Assembly (NCBI GenBank): GCA_965231075.1
Contig: OZ246412.1
Location: 170,019 to 234,018, forward strand
Source: an uncultured Candidatus Saccharibacteria bacterium
GTDB lineage: Bacteria > Patescibacteriota > Minisyncoccia > RBG-13-40-8-A
Direction of reading: 5' to 3'
DNA: 64,000 bases
Shown here: positions 18,299 through 27,542 of the stretch, one piece after another
Layout of the letters: each line of letters begins with the position of its first letter
Numbering within the stretch: the first letter of the stretch is position 1
Program-made: the position numbers and the translations under genes
The notes under the pieces: generated by a model
The model's input: only the letters and a program-made list of their open reading frames with translations
Told to the model about the DNA's origin: nothing
Databases searched by the model: none

Positions 18299-20695
18299 AT
18301 GATTACATCTTTCTTTGCAAAGATTAATATTTTTAAGTCAATGACTGGCAAGAATGTATTAGATGAAGCAATCAAAAAAATCGTTTACATTTTAGTAGTT
18401 TTAATTCCAATATGGTTTTTGCCGACAACTATAAATGTCTTAGAGTTAAATAAACAATTTTTAATTGTAGTTTTAAGCATAATTGCTTTGATTTTGTGGC
18501 TTGTTAAGATATTGAATACGGGAGAATTAAGAATCAAAAACAATATTATTAATTTTACATTAGCTGCCTTTCTTCTGGTTGCAATTCTGTCTACAATTTT
18601 TTCTGTGCAGGCCTACGGTAGTTTGATTGGATCAGAAAACAATCTTAATTTTAGTCTAATTAGTATTTTCTCTTTTATTGCTCTGGCGTTCTTGATAGTC
18701 AATAATTTTAAAGATATAAAAGAAAAATTTGGATTATTGTTTGCCTTTTTGATTTCTGCGGCGATTGCCTGTGTTTATGGATTTTTACAACTATGGGGTG
18801 GATTCATCTTCTCCTGGGAATTTGCTAAAAATGCTGCTTTTAACACTGTTGGGTCGGTAAATTCATTTGGCATATTTTCTGTGATTACTCTTATAATTGT
18901 TTCAGCGTTACTCTTTGTTGTGAAAAATAAGGGAATTAAAATATTTTTTAGTTTATTGGCGTTATTAAACTTAATTACGATTATTAGTATTAATTTTTTA
19001 ACACTTTGGATTATTTTAGCGGCAGGCATATTCGTCTTGCTCTTATTGGCGTTGGGTCACATAATCTATCTTGGTAGAAGCGTAAGCTGGATAGCCCTAC
19101 CAATGATTTTACTGGGACTATCTTTAATCTTTATATTTTTTAGGCCAAACTTATCTCTTGGTCCACAACTTTCAACCGAAGTGGGACTGAGTCACAAAGG
19201 AAGCTTCTCGGTTGTTCTAAACACAATTAAACAAAAACCAATTTTAGGAAGCGGTCCAGAAACATTCGCCTTTAATTATGCAAAATATAAACCAGAGATA
19301 ATTAATCAAACTGCTTTCTGGAATGTTAGTTTTTCTAATCCTGCTGGTGAAATTTATGCGATGATTTCTGATTTCGGCATACTAGGAACAATATCATTCG
19401 TGGCAATTTTGATTGTTTTTGTGATGGGTGTAATTAAAAATATTATTAACGGCAAAGAAGACGATGTTTTCAAAAAATTCTTAAATGTAGGAATTTTGTC
19501 TGGGTGGTTCGCAATTTTAGTTGGGTGGTTTCTTTACCCACAAAGCATCGTATTAACGTTTGTGTTTTGGTTGTTATTGGCAATTTATCTAATTGACAAC
19601 AACATCAAAGAAGAGAGGATTTATAATTTAAGAAAAAACCAAAAGACATTATTAATTTCAAGTTTATGCTTTGTTGTTGTGATTGTTTTGGTTATTGGTC
19701 TGCTTTATGTGTCGGGCACAAGATATATTGCGGATATTATTTATGGTAGGGGCATAAACTTAGTGCAAGTCGACGGAGATCTTAACAATGGAATCAATAA
19801 GATTGTAAAGGCAACAGTGGTTAATCCATATCAAGATAATAATTATCGAGCTCTGTCTCAGTTATTTACCATTAAATTACAACAAGATGCCTTAAACGAA
19901 GATTTAACACAAGAAGAGAAATCAAGTTTAATACAAGAAGATGCAATAAATGCGATAAATGCGGCAACCAGGACAACCACACTATCTCCTCGCAATGCTT
20001 CGAATTGGTTATTAAGAGGTCAGGTATATCGCAACTTGGCTGGCATTGTTGATGGTGCCACCGATTGGGCAAAAACTTCGTATGAAGAAGCGATTAAATT
20101 AGAACCACTAAATCCATTTATTTATCTGGAATTGGGTAGATTATACATCAATCAAGCAGATTTGATTGCTGAACAAGCAAAAAAAGATCAGGGCGCACAA
20201 AAAACATGGGAAGAATATATGTCAAAGGCCATCAAAAACACGGATAAAGCAATTGAATTAAAAGCGAATTATTCTGATGCCTACTATACTCAGGCACAGA
20301 TTTATGATCGACAAGGAAAAATTACGGAAGCAATTCGTAAATTGGAAATAAATAAACAATTATTACCAAATGATAAAAATGTAGCATTTCAATTGGCTGT
20401 GTTATATTATCGTGCGGAATTATTTAAAAAAGCAAAAGCTGAATTTATCAGGGCAATTGTTTTGGATGATAATTTTTCAAACGCTAGATATTTCTTGGGA
20501 CTACTATATGATTGGGAGGGGAGCAAAGAAGATGCAATCGATCAATTTGAGAGAATTGCTCAACTAAACCCAGATAACGAACAAGTACAAGACATTTTAG
20601 CCAACATTAGAACAGGTAAGCCAGCGCTTGGTAAGGCCATAAGCGCAAAAAGTCCGGCAGATCTATTAATTGAAGAACAACCAATTAATCAATAA
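18299..20695 (+). CDS. O-antigen ligase/polymerase-like (Wzy_C family) polytopic membrane protein fused to C-terminal TPR repeats (798 aa)
   Basis: ~12 TM helices with a Wzy_C-like periplasmic loop. The C-terminal third has TPR-like repeats (AIKLEPLNPFIYLELGRLY..., ELKANYSDAYYTQAQIY..., LDDNFSNARYFLGLLYDWEG). Confidence 0.65.
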   Translation: MITSFFAKINIFKSMTGKNVLDEAIKKIVYILVVLIPIWFLPTTINVLELNKQFLIVVLSIIALILWLVKILNTGELRIKNNIINFTLAAFLLVAILSTIFSVQAYGSLIGSENNLNFSLISIFSFIALAFLIVNNFKDIKEKFGLLFAFLISAAIACVYGFLQLWGGFIFSWEFAKNAAFNTVGSVNSFGIFSVITLIIVSALLFVVKNKGIKIFFSLLALLNLITIISINFLTLWIILAAGIFVLLLLALGHIIYLGRSVSWIALPMILLGLSLIFIFFRPNLSLGPQLSTEVGLSHKGSFSVVLNTIKQKPILGSGPETFAFNYAKYKPEIINQTAFWNVSFSNPAGEIYAMISDFGILGTISFVAILIVFVMGVIKNIINGKEDDVFKKFLNVGILSGWFAILVGWFLYPQSIVLTFVFWLLLAIYLIDNNIKEERIYNLRKNQKTLLISSLCFVVVIVLVIGLLYVSGTRYIADIIYGRGINLVQVDGDLNNGINKIVKATVVNPYQDNNYRALSQLFTIKLQQDALNEDLTQEEKSSLIQEDAINAINAATRTTTLSPRNASNWLLRGQVYRNLAGIVDGATDWAKTSYEEAIKLEPLNPFIYLELGRLYINQADLIAEQAKKDQGAQKTWEEYMSKAIKNTDKAIELKANYSDAYYTQAQIYDRQGKITEAIRKLEINKQLLPNDKNVAFQLAVLYYRAELFKKAKAEFIRAIVLDDNFSNARYFLGLLYDWEGSKEDAIDQFERIAQLNPDNEQVQDILANIRTGKPALGKAISAKSPADLLIEEQPINQ

Positions 20696-20705
20696 AATCA
20701 AGTTA

Positions 20706-20921
20706 ATGTGCTTGAGTGTTCCGGTTAAAATATTAGAAATAAAAAACAAAAAAGCCGTTGTTGAAATAAGTGGCAATAAGCAGGAAGTGGGGATTGACTT
20801 AATTCCCGAAATAAGAGAGAATGATTATTGTCTGATTAGCAACGGTTTTGTTGTTAAAAAAATATCAGTCGAAGAGGCCGAAAAGATCTTTAATATATTA
20901 AAACTCGACAGCATTAATTAA
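20706..20921 (+). CDS. hypC: [NiFe]-hydrogenase maturation chaperone HypC/HupF (71 aa). I prefer the internal start at MCLSVP over the track start at 20670.
   Basis: MCLSVPVKILEI... with the essential Cys2, followed by the HypC beta-barrel pattern and C-terminal EEAEKIFNIL. Using 20706 removes the overlap with the preceding gene. Confidence 0.8.
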   Translation: MCLSVPVKILEIKNKKAVVEISGNKQEVGIDLIPEIRENDYCLISNGFVVKKISVEEAEKIFNILKLDSIN

Positions 20922-20948
20922 TACCAAAAGAAATCTTAAGGAGGAAAT

Positions 20949-21335
20949 ATGAACAAAACAAATATCAACAGTGACGCACTAGAGCTAACCAACAAGTTCA
21001 CGAAAGGTGCACCGTGTCCTATCAACAAGAACATGGAAGAAACAATGTTTTGGCCATTTTACGAAAAAATTGCCAAAGACAGTGGATTCGACGAGATTAC
21101 TGTTGAGGTTGTGAAAGAATACTGGTTCACGGTACACAACCGACTTGTTGTAAAAAGATTTCATGCTGGTCATCTTGATCGGGAAAAAGCAATCAACTGT
21201 ATGGTACGCGCCATTAAAATTGAAAATAGTCAACTGGCGTGTATTCACGGTGGATTCATCGTCTGCGACATTAGTGAAGATGAATTCAGAAACCTAATCG
21301 AAAAAAACAGGCCCTTGATTGACGAGATCGGTTAG
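20949..21335 (+). CDS. Hypothetical 128-aa Cys/His-containing protein within the hydrogenase locus
   Basis: A strong AAGGAGG Shine-Dalgarno sits 5 nt upstream. Cys at APCPIN, NCMVRA, LACIHGGFIVCDIS. No known family recognised. Confidence 0.45.
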   Translation: MNKTNINSDALELTNKFTKGAPCPINKNMEETMFWPFYEKIAKDSGFDEITVEVVKEYWFTVHNRLVVKRFHAGHLDREKAINCMVRAIKIENSQLACIHGGFIVCDISEDEFRNLIEKNRPLIDEIG

Positions 21336-21366
21336 GGCGTGCGTTAATTTGCGCGCCCTATTTTTA
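21334..21366 (+). terminator. Rho-independent terminator after the hypC/hypothetical pair
   Basis: AGGGCGTGCG-TTAATTT-GCGCGCCCT hairpin followed by TTTTT. Confidence 0.7.
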
Positions 21367-21370
21367 TTTA

Positions 21371-21379
21371 TGTTATAAT
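21371..21379 (+). promoter_or_regulatory. Extended -10 element TGtTATAAT. The hydrogenase small-subunit ATG is 7 nt downstream, so the mRNA is leaderless.
   Basis: TGTTATAAT at 21371-21379, ATG at 21386. There is no obvious -35. Confidence 0.5.
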
Positions 21380-21385
21380 TTATTC

Positions 21386-22153
21386 ATGGTTAAAATCAAA
21401 CGAAAACCAGTAATTGCAATTTTGTCATTAACTTGTTGTGAAGGATGTCAAGTTGCGATTTTTGATTTAGGGGAAAGGTTTTTGGAATTTTTAACCAAAG
21501 TAAATATCGGTGATTTCCAATTAGCAGAAGAACTTCCTGATGTAAAAAAATATGATATTGCCATTGTTGAAGGTACAGCAATTACGAAAGCACAAATTAG
21601 AAGATTAAAGGAAGTTAGAAAGAAATCTAAAATATTAATCGCCATTGGTGCTTGTGCATTACTTGGAGGGCCACAAGAATTAAAAGATTATCGTGGCGAT
21701 AAAAACAAACTTATTAGACAAATTTATCCCAATGTTCGGGGGATTGATAATCCTAATGTAAAATCGGTCAAAGAAATGGTCAAAGTGGATTATGAAATTC
21801 CAGGTTGTCCAATAAACAAAGAAGAATTTTTTACAATCATCAATAAAATTTTAGAAAACAAAAAACCAAAAATTGAACAAAAACCAGTTTGTGAAGAATG
21901 CGTTAGAAAAAATAAGATGTGTTTATTGTTGTTAGGCAAACCATGTTTAGGGGCGATAACCCTGGCTGGTTGTGGCGCACCGTGTCCCAGAAGTGGTTTT
22001 ATGTGTGATGGATGTAGAGGACCGAAACAAAAAATTAATTTAAACGCAATGAAAAAAGCACTGAGAATTAAGGCACGATTAACTGACAACGAAATCGATA
22101 TGATTTTAGAAAGGTTCGGTAAGTGTAATGAATTAAAAAAAGCAAATTTATGA
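21386..22153 (+). CDS. [NiFe]-hydrogenase small (Fe-S) subunit, group 3/F420-nonreducing-like (255 aa)
   Basis: N-terminal proximal-cluster region (AILSLTCCEGCQ) and a C-terminal Cys-rich region (CEECVRKNKMC...CLGAITLAGCGAPCPRSGFMCDGCRGP). NuoB/hydrogenase-small fold. Confidence 0.8.
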   Translation: MVKIKRKPVIAILSLTCCEGCQVAIFDLGERFLEFLTKVNIGDFQLAEELPDVKKYDIAIVEGTAITKAQIRRLKEVRKKSKILIAIGACALLGGPQELKDYRGDKNKLIRQIYPNVRGIDNPNVKSVKEMVKVDYEIPGCPINKEEFFTIINKILENKKPKIEQKPVCEECVRKNKMCLLLLGKPCLGAITLAGCGAPCPRSGFMCDGCRGPKQKINLNAMKKALRIKARLTDNEIDMILERFGKCNELKKANL

Positions 22154-23406
22154 AATTAAGAATAGATCATATTGCGAAAATTGAAGGACATGCGAGTTTT
22201 ACCGCTGACATTGTTGACGGTGATGTTAGAGCGGCAAAAATTAAAATTGAAGAAGGAGCGAGATTATTTGAGGGTATTATGCAAGGCAGAAAGGACGAAG
22301 AAATCGCCGAGATTGGCTCAAGGATTTGTGGGGTGTGCCCAGTTGCTCATGTTTTTGCGGGTTTCAAAGCAATTGAAAACGCATATAAAATAGAGGTTAC
22401 TGAACCGGTATTGTCATTGAGAAAATTGATGTCTTTGGGGCAATTAATTAATAGTCACGCATTGCATTTATTTTTCTTTTCTTTGTCTGATTTTTTTGGA
22501 TTCAAAAGCGATTTAGAATTAGTGAATGCGTATCCTGAAAAAACTCACGATGCCGTGAAAATCAGAGACATTGGTAATAGATTAGTAGAAATTATTGGCG
22601 GAAGATCAATTCACCCCCTAACTCCTTGTATCGGCGGAATGAGAAAATCACCAGACACAAGCGAATTAAAGCAACTTTTAATTGATTGTCAGAATAATTT
22701 AGAATTAACTATAAAATTAGGTGAATTATTTATTAATCTAAAATATCCCGATTTTCATCGTCAAACAACTTTTGTTTCTCTTTACAATCCCAACGAATAT
22801 GCGATCTACGACGGACAAATTAAAGTTGATAAAATCGTGATGAAACCAGAAAATTTTATATCTTTACTTAAAGAAGTTCAAAAGGGTAATGATGTTGCTA
22901 AAAGAACGTCCTTTGCGGGTAAAAGTTATATGGTTGGAGCATTGGCAAGAATAAACAATCATCGAGAACAACTAAACCCACATGCCAAAGAATTATTAGA
23001 AAAATCTAAATTAAAATTTCCTTGTTATAATCCGTTTTACAATATTATGTGTCAAGCGATTGAATTAGTGCACTGTTTTGAGGAGGCAATCAAAATTTTG
23101 AATAAATTAATCAATCAAAAAATCGTTGTTTCGGAACCAAGGATAGAAAACACAAGTGGAACAGGAATTGGAATTGTCGAGGCGCCCAGAGGCATATTAT
23201 TTTATGGCACAGAAATAAAAGATAAAATTGTTAAGGGTATGGAAATTGTTTCGCCAACTTGTCAAAACCTTACCAACTTAGAGGCAGATTTAGAAGAATT
23301 TGAAAGATTGGGAGGATTTAAGAATTTAGATAAAAAAGAAAAAGAAGATAAGATTAAAATGTTAATTCGCGCATATGATCCTTGCGTAACTTGCGCAGTA
23401 CACTAA
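22150..23406 (+). CDS. [NiFe]-hydrogenase large (catalytic) subunit, 418 aa. It ends exactly at the C-terminal metal-binding motif with no cleavable extension.
   Basis: L1 motif RICGVCPVAH near the N-terminus and L2 motif DPCVTCAVH as the last 9 residues before the stop. Confidence 0.85.
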   Translation: MKLRIDHIAKIEGHASFTADIVDGDVRAAKIKIEEGARLFEGIMQGRKDEEIAEIGSRICGVCPVAHVFAGFKAIENAYKIEVTEPVLSLRKLMSLGQLINSHALHLFFFSLSDFFGFKSDLELVNAYPEKTHDAVKIRDIGNRLVEIIGGRSIHPLTPCIGGMRKSPDTSELKQLLIDCQNNLELTIKLGELFINLKYPDFHRQTTFVSLYNPNEYAIYDGQIKVDKIVMKPENFISLLKEVQKGNDVAKRTSFAGKSYMVGALARINNHREQLNPHAKELLEKSKLKFPCYNPFYNIMCQAIELVHCFEEAIKILNKLINQKIVVSEPRIENTSGTGIGIVEAPRGILFYGTEIKDKIVKGMEIVSPTCQNLTNLEADLEEFERLGGFKNLDKKEKEDKIKMLIRAYDPCVTCAVH

Positions 23407-23410
23407 TTTT

Positions 23411-24196
23411 ATGATTACAGATAGCCATACACATATTTACGACGAAGAAAAATATAAAAGTTATTTAAAAAGAGCGAAAGGGATGATATCAAAAATTATA
23501 GTTATGCATTGGCCAAAGTTTGATTTAGAAAAATTACTAAATTTTACGACCGCAAAAAACAATTTATATGTTGTAGGCAGCATAGACACCGAAAAGGAAA
23601 TAAAGGAACAACTAGAAGTACACGAAAGATTGTTTAAAGAAAAAAGAATATTTGGGATTAAAATTTATCCTGGTTATCAATATTTTTATCCATCAGACGA
23701 AAAAGTGTATGCAATTGCGGAATTGTGTCAAAAATACAACAAACCACTAATAATCCATTCTGGGGATGTTTATAATCCAGACAAAACAGCACTATTAAAA
23801 TACTCCCATCCGCTTTACATAGACGAATTAGCAGGAAAATTTCCTAATTGCAAAATCATTATTTCGCATTTCGGCTTTCCTTATTATATGGAAACAGCCA
23901 ACATTGTTTCAAAAAATAAAAACGTTTACACAGACATATCTGGGACAATAGACAAACAAAATACCAAAAAAAAAGAAAAAGCGATATTTAATCAATATAT
24001 GCGAGACATAGAAAGGGTGTTTGCATATTTCCCAAGCATTAAAGAAAAGATAATGTTCGGTACTGATTATGGCGGAGAAGATACGCCATTGTGTGAAGTT
24101 AGTCCATATATAAAGATTGTTAATGCCGTTTTTTCAAGAAAGGATCAAGATGTGGTTTTACATAAACTTGTAGAAAAATTATTTTTTACTGATTAA
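23411..24196 (+). CDS. Amidohydrolase-2 / TIM-barrel metal-dependent hydrolase family protein (261 aa)
   Basis: DSHTHI N-terminal metal ligands, IIHSG, SHFG and GTDYG motifs. It sits between the hydrogenase large subunit and the hypA-like gene. Confidence 0.6.
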   Translation: MITDSHTHIYDEEKYKSYLKRAKGMISKIIVMHWPKFDLEKLLNFTTAKNNLYVVGSIDTEKEIKEQLEVHERLFKEKRIFGIKIYPGYQYFYPSDEKVYAIAELCQKYNKPLIIHSGDVYNPDKTALLKYSHPLYIDELAGKFPNCKIIISHFGFPYYMETANIVSKNKNVYTDISGTIDKQNTKKKEKAIFNQYMRDIERVFAYFPSIKEKIMFGTDYGGEDTPLCEVSPYIKIVNAVFSRKDQDVVLHKLVEKLFFTD

Positions 24197-24199
24197 TTT

Positions 24200-24451
24200 A
24201 TGCACGACATGCATCTTGCGCAACAAATCATTAAAACCGTTCTCGAATACGCAGATAAGAATGGTTTTAAAAAAATTAAAAAAATCGAACTGGAATTAGG
24301 TTCGATTTTGGAGCATGACGAAGTAATTTCTCCAGAAAATTTAATTTTTAATTTTAATTTACTTTCCAAAAACACTATCGCCGAAAATGCAGAACTAAAC
24401 ATCAAACAAATAGCAGGGGATAATTGGAAATTAGTGGCTATTGAAGAGTAG
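24200..24451 (+). CDS. hypA: HypA-like nickel-insertion protein, N-terminal domain only (83 aa). The CxxC...CxxC zinc finger is absent.
   Basis: MHDMHLAQQIIKTVLEYADKNGFKKIKKIELELGSI...AENAELNIKQIAG follows the HypA N-terminal pattern (MHE motif for Ni) and stops where the zinc-finger domain normally begins. There are no Cys residues. Confidence 0.55.
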   Translation: MHDMHLAQQIIKTVLEYADKNGFKKIKKIELELGSILEHDEVISPENLIFNFNLLSKNTIAENAELNIKQIAGDNWKLVAIEE

Positions 24452-25406
24452 TTCCGATTATCTCTTTGTGGCCGTTTAAAAATTCTTTTGCCGACACCGG
24501 TTTTTTACCCTCCAGTTGTAGGGTTTTTAAAGTTAAAATTCTATCTCTAGTCTGAACACATAAATTTTTATCTTCATCCAGAAACGCTTCACCAACTTTA
24601 CGGTTGGTATTTTTGTTTAAAATTTCCGCATCAACAATCTTTAAGTTTTTAAATTTGTTATTTGAAATTTGAAATTGAGCATAGCTGGTTGGCCATTCTT
24701 GATAAGCTCTAATTTGTGCGTCAATTTCTTTTGCCGATTTATTCCAATCAATTTTTCCGTCTTCCTTTTTAATCAATTTGCAAAAAGTTGCCTGCGAATG
24801 ATCTTGTTCCTCTGGTGTGATTTTTCCTTCGATGTAATTAAATAAATTTTTAATTAATAATTCTGCGCCGGCATCAGTTAATTGATCGGATAATTCACTA
24901 TAAGTAATTTTATTTGAAATTGGAAATTTAAAACTTGAAATTATTTGACCATGATCAAGTTCTGCGTCCATGATCATCAAACAAATCCCGGTTTCGGTTT
25001 CGTTATTCAAAATAATCGACTGAATAGGGGATGCGCCTCGATATTTAGGCAAAAGCGATGGATGAATATTGAGAGCTTTATACTTGGGAATATCGAGTAT
25101 CTCCTGGGGTATAATTTGACCAAAAGCGGCAAGGATAATCAGGTCTGGTTTTAGCTCTTTTATTTTAGTCACCCATTCCGGCTTACGTACTTTATCTGGC
25201 TGTAAAACGTCAAAATTGGCCTCTAGGGCCCATTTTTTGACTGGGGAGGGGATAAGTACCTGTTTTCTGTCAACAGGCTTGTCTGGGGCGGTTATCACGG
25301 CAATGATTTCCAGTCCCTTATCTGTGAGTTGGGGAATGGCTTTGCGGAAAATTTTTTCCGCGAATTCTGGCGTTCCCATTAAAATTGTTCGGATCTTATT
25401 TAACAT
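24438..25406 (-). CDS. fmt: Methionyl-tRNA formyltransferase
   Basis: ILMGTPEFA N-terminus and the formyltransferase core (HPSLLPKYRGASPIQ). Confidence 0.9.
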   Translation of the reverse strand: MLNKIRTILMGTPEFAEKIFRKAIPQLTDKGLEIIAVITAPDKPVDRKQVLIPSPVKKWALEANFDVLQPDKVRKPEWVTKIKELKPDLIILAAFGQIIPQEILDIPKYKALNIHPSLLPKYRGASPIQSIILNNETETGICLMIMDAELDHGQIISSFKFPISNKITYSELSDQLTDAGAELLIKNLFNYIEGKITPEEQDHSQATFCKLIKKEDGKIDWNKSAKEIDAQIRAYQEWPTSYAQFQISNNKFKNLKIVDAEILNKNTNRKVGEAFLDEDKNLCVQTRDRILTLKTLQLEGKKPVSAKEFLNGHKEIIGTTLQ

Positions 25407-25872
25407 TGTCGCAAATTAATATTCCGTTTAAGTGATCGGTTTCGTGTTGAATGGCACGCGCTAAAATTCCTTTGGCTTTAATTTTAAATTCTTTACCTTT
25501 TTCGTCTTTGGCTTTTATTTTTAGGGATTTTGCACGCTCTATTTTAACAAACGAGTTTGGTAAACTTAAACATCCTTCTTCAATTAATTCTGTTTTTTTG
25601 GACATTTTGATTATTTCTGGATTGATAAAGACACATTTTTGAGAATAATTCTTATCGATTATAAAAATACGCAAATTTTTTCCCACCTGGCAAGCAGATA
25701 AACCGATACCGTTTTCTTTAATGATGGTTTCTTGCATGTTCTTAATAAAATCTAAAATTTCTTCGTTTATTTCTTTAACGAAATCAGATTTTGTGCGCAA
25801 CGTTGGATTGTTTTTTCCAGTTCGTAATTTAAGTATCATAATATGTTTTCGGGGCTTATCTCTGTTTCCCAA
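25396..25872 (-). CDS. def: Peptide deformylase
   Basis: GIGLSACQVG, EGCLSLP and HETDHLNG metal-binding motifs. Confidence 0.95.
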   Translation of the reverse strand: MGNRDKPRKHIMILKLRTGKNNPTLRTKSDFVKEINEEILDFIKNMQETIIKENGIGLSACQVGKNLRIFIIDKNYSQKCVFINPEIIKMSKKTELIEEGCLSLPNSFVKIERAKSLKIKAKDEKGKEFKIKAKGILARAIQHETDHLNGILICDNVK

Positions 25873-27512
25873 GTTGGTGGGACAATAATTAATATTTCGT
25901 TTCTTTGCTCTGTCATTAGGCGTGATTTAATAATTATATTCCACTTATATATTCCTCTTTCTTTTGAGACAAAAGCCGGGCTTGGTCCAAATAAATTAAT
26001 TTTCAATTTCCAATTTTCAATTTTCAATTGCGCTTTGATTTGTTGCTCTAGTTTATTTTTTAAAATCAATGCATCATTTTTTGCCTTGATAAAATCTTTG
26101 TGTGAATATGATAATTTAATGATCTCAGAAAATGGGGGATAGTCGTATTTTTCCCTTGCCTCAATTTCCTCATTATAGAACGTATTAAAGTTATTTTCAA
26201 TGGCTAATTTTATGGTTTTATTGTCAGAATTATAGGTCTGAACAAGGAACTCGTTTTGAGCCATATTCATTAATTGGTTTATGATTTGAAAAACTCTTTC
26301 CGAACTTTTAAAATCAGGTAAATTCAGAATTGTATCAATAGAAATAATTGCCACTAAATCCGCATGTAATTCTTTGTCCAGAATCATTTGTGAGCCGACT
26401 AGGACTGTATTTTTGCTATTTTTAAATTCGGCAATAATTTTTTGTTGTTCGGCAGGTTTTTCAGAAATATCGCCATCAAGACGAAATACTTTCTTGTTGG
26501 GCCCGCCTGCCGGCGAGGCGGGGAAGAGCTTTTTGATTTCTGATTCTATTTTTTGCGTTCCGGCGCCAAGATATTTTATTTTGACGCTTTTACAGCTTGG
26601 ACAAAGCACTGGTGCAATATCGTCTTTTCCGCAGTGATGGCAAATCAGGCGTCGAGACGGTTTTTCTTCATGGTAAATCATAGGAACCTCGCAAGAGCGA
26701 CATTTAGCAATATATCCACATTCCCGACAAAGAACAATTGTTGACGTACCTTTTCTGGCAATAAATAAAATTGACTTATCAGCGACTTTTATTTTGTCTT
26801 GGAGTTCTTTGCTGATTACAGAAAAATTTCCGCCTTTCATCTCTTCGCGCATATCGATAATAAAATTTTCAATTTTCAATTTTCGATTTTCAATTAATAG
26901 TTTGTGTTTTTTTTGCTCTGCCCAATAATAATCTTCAACCGTTGGTGTGTTGGTTTTTAAGATTAATTTTGCATTATGAATTTTTGCCAATTGGATTGCA
27001 ATGTCTTTGACATTATAATACGGTCTTCGCCCCCACGATTGATATAGATCGCTTTCCGAATCTTCAACGGTAATTGATTTAAGATTTTTAAACGGTGCAA
27101 ATACTAGCCCCTTGGTTTTTGGCGTTAGGGTCAGGTTTTGTATCTTGTATCTTGTATCTTGTATCTTAAAATTTTTAGAAAGAAATATCCTTGCAAAAAG
27201 TCCGATTGGCGCGAAATAATATTCAGAAAGCCAGGTCAATAGTTCTATTTGCTTTTCATTTAGAATTTGTTCTGATTTTTTAATTTTCTCGATCGGTCTA
27301 ATTTCAAAATCAGCATATTTTTTAAGTCGTAATTTTTCTTGATCCATTGATTTACACTCTAATACGACGGCATCAATTTTTTTACTGCGTAGAGGAACCT
27401 TAATTAAAAAACCAGGGTTGATTTTAGAAACTGAAAAATAGCTCAAAATCTGTGAATTTGGCCTGGGAATTTTAATTAACGGAACAACATTAAGAATATA
27501 CATCAATTCCAT
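25836..27512 (-). CDS. priA: Primosomal protein N-prime (PriA)-like, 558 aa. It has the N-terminal 3-prime-DNA-binding domain and the Cys-rich zinc region, but Walker A and DExH helicase motifs are not recognisable.
   Basis: N-terminus ILNVVPLIKIPRP...LSYFSV. CRR: CRECGYIAKCRSC...CHHCGKDD...CPSCKS. No GxGKT or DEAH found. The gene contains 4x heptanucleotide tandem repeats. Confidence 0.6.
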   Translation of the reverse strand: MELMYILNVVPLIKIPRPNSQILSYFSVSKINPGFLIKVPLRSKKIDAVVLECKSMDQEKLRLKKYADFEIRPIEKIKKSEQILNEKQIELLTWLSEYYFAPIGLFARIFLSKNFKIQDTRYKIQNLTLTPKTKGLVFAPFKNLKSITVEDSESDLYQSWGRRPYYNVKDIAIQLAKIHNAKLILKTNTPTVEDYYWAEQKKHKLLIENRKLKIENFIIDMREEMKGGNFSVISKELQDKIKVADKSILFIARKGTSTIVLCRECGYIAKCRSCEVPMIYHEEKPSRRLICHHCGKDDIAPVLCPSCKSVKIKYLGAGTQKIESEIKKLFPASPAGGPNKKVFRLDGDISEKPAEQQKIIAEFKNSKNTVLVGSQMILDKELHADLVAIISIDTILNLPDFKSSERVFQIINQLMNMAQNEFLVQTYNSDNKTIKLAIENNFNTFYNEEIEAREKYDYPPFSEIIKLSYSHKDFIKAKNDALILKNKLEQQIKAQLKIENWKLKINLFGPSPAFVSKERGIYKWNIIIKSRLMTEQRNEILIIVPPTWETEISPENIL

Positions 27513-27527
27513 TTTATCATTTTAAGA

Positions 27528-27536
27528 TGTTATAAT
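27528..27536 (+). promoter_or_regulatory. Extended -10 TGtTATAAT. The thpR ATG is 7 nt downstream, so the mRNA is leaderless.
   Basis: TGTTATAAT at 27528-27536, ATG at 27543. Confidence 0.5.
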
Positions 27537-27542
27537 AAAGAC

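Noticed and set aside
18299-20695. Splitting the 798-aa Wzy-TPR protein into two genes
   Set aside because: There is a continuous ORF with no internal stop or obvious internal start context. Membrane-domain and TPR fusions of this kind are plausible, so I kept it as one gene.
21386-23406. Calling the hydrogenase a four-subunit group 3b (NADP-coupled) enzyme
   Set aside because: Only a small and a large subunit are present. No FAD/NAD-binding or extra Fe-S subunit genes are adjacent, so the subgroup is left open.
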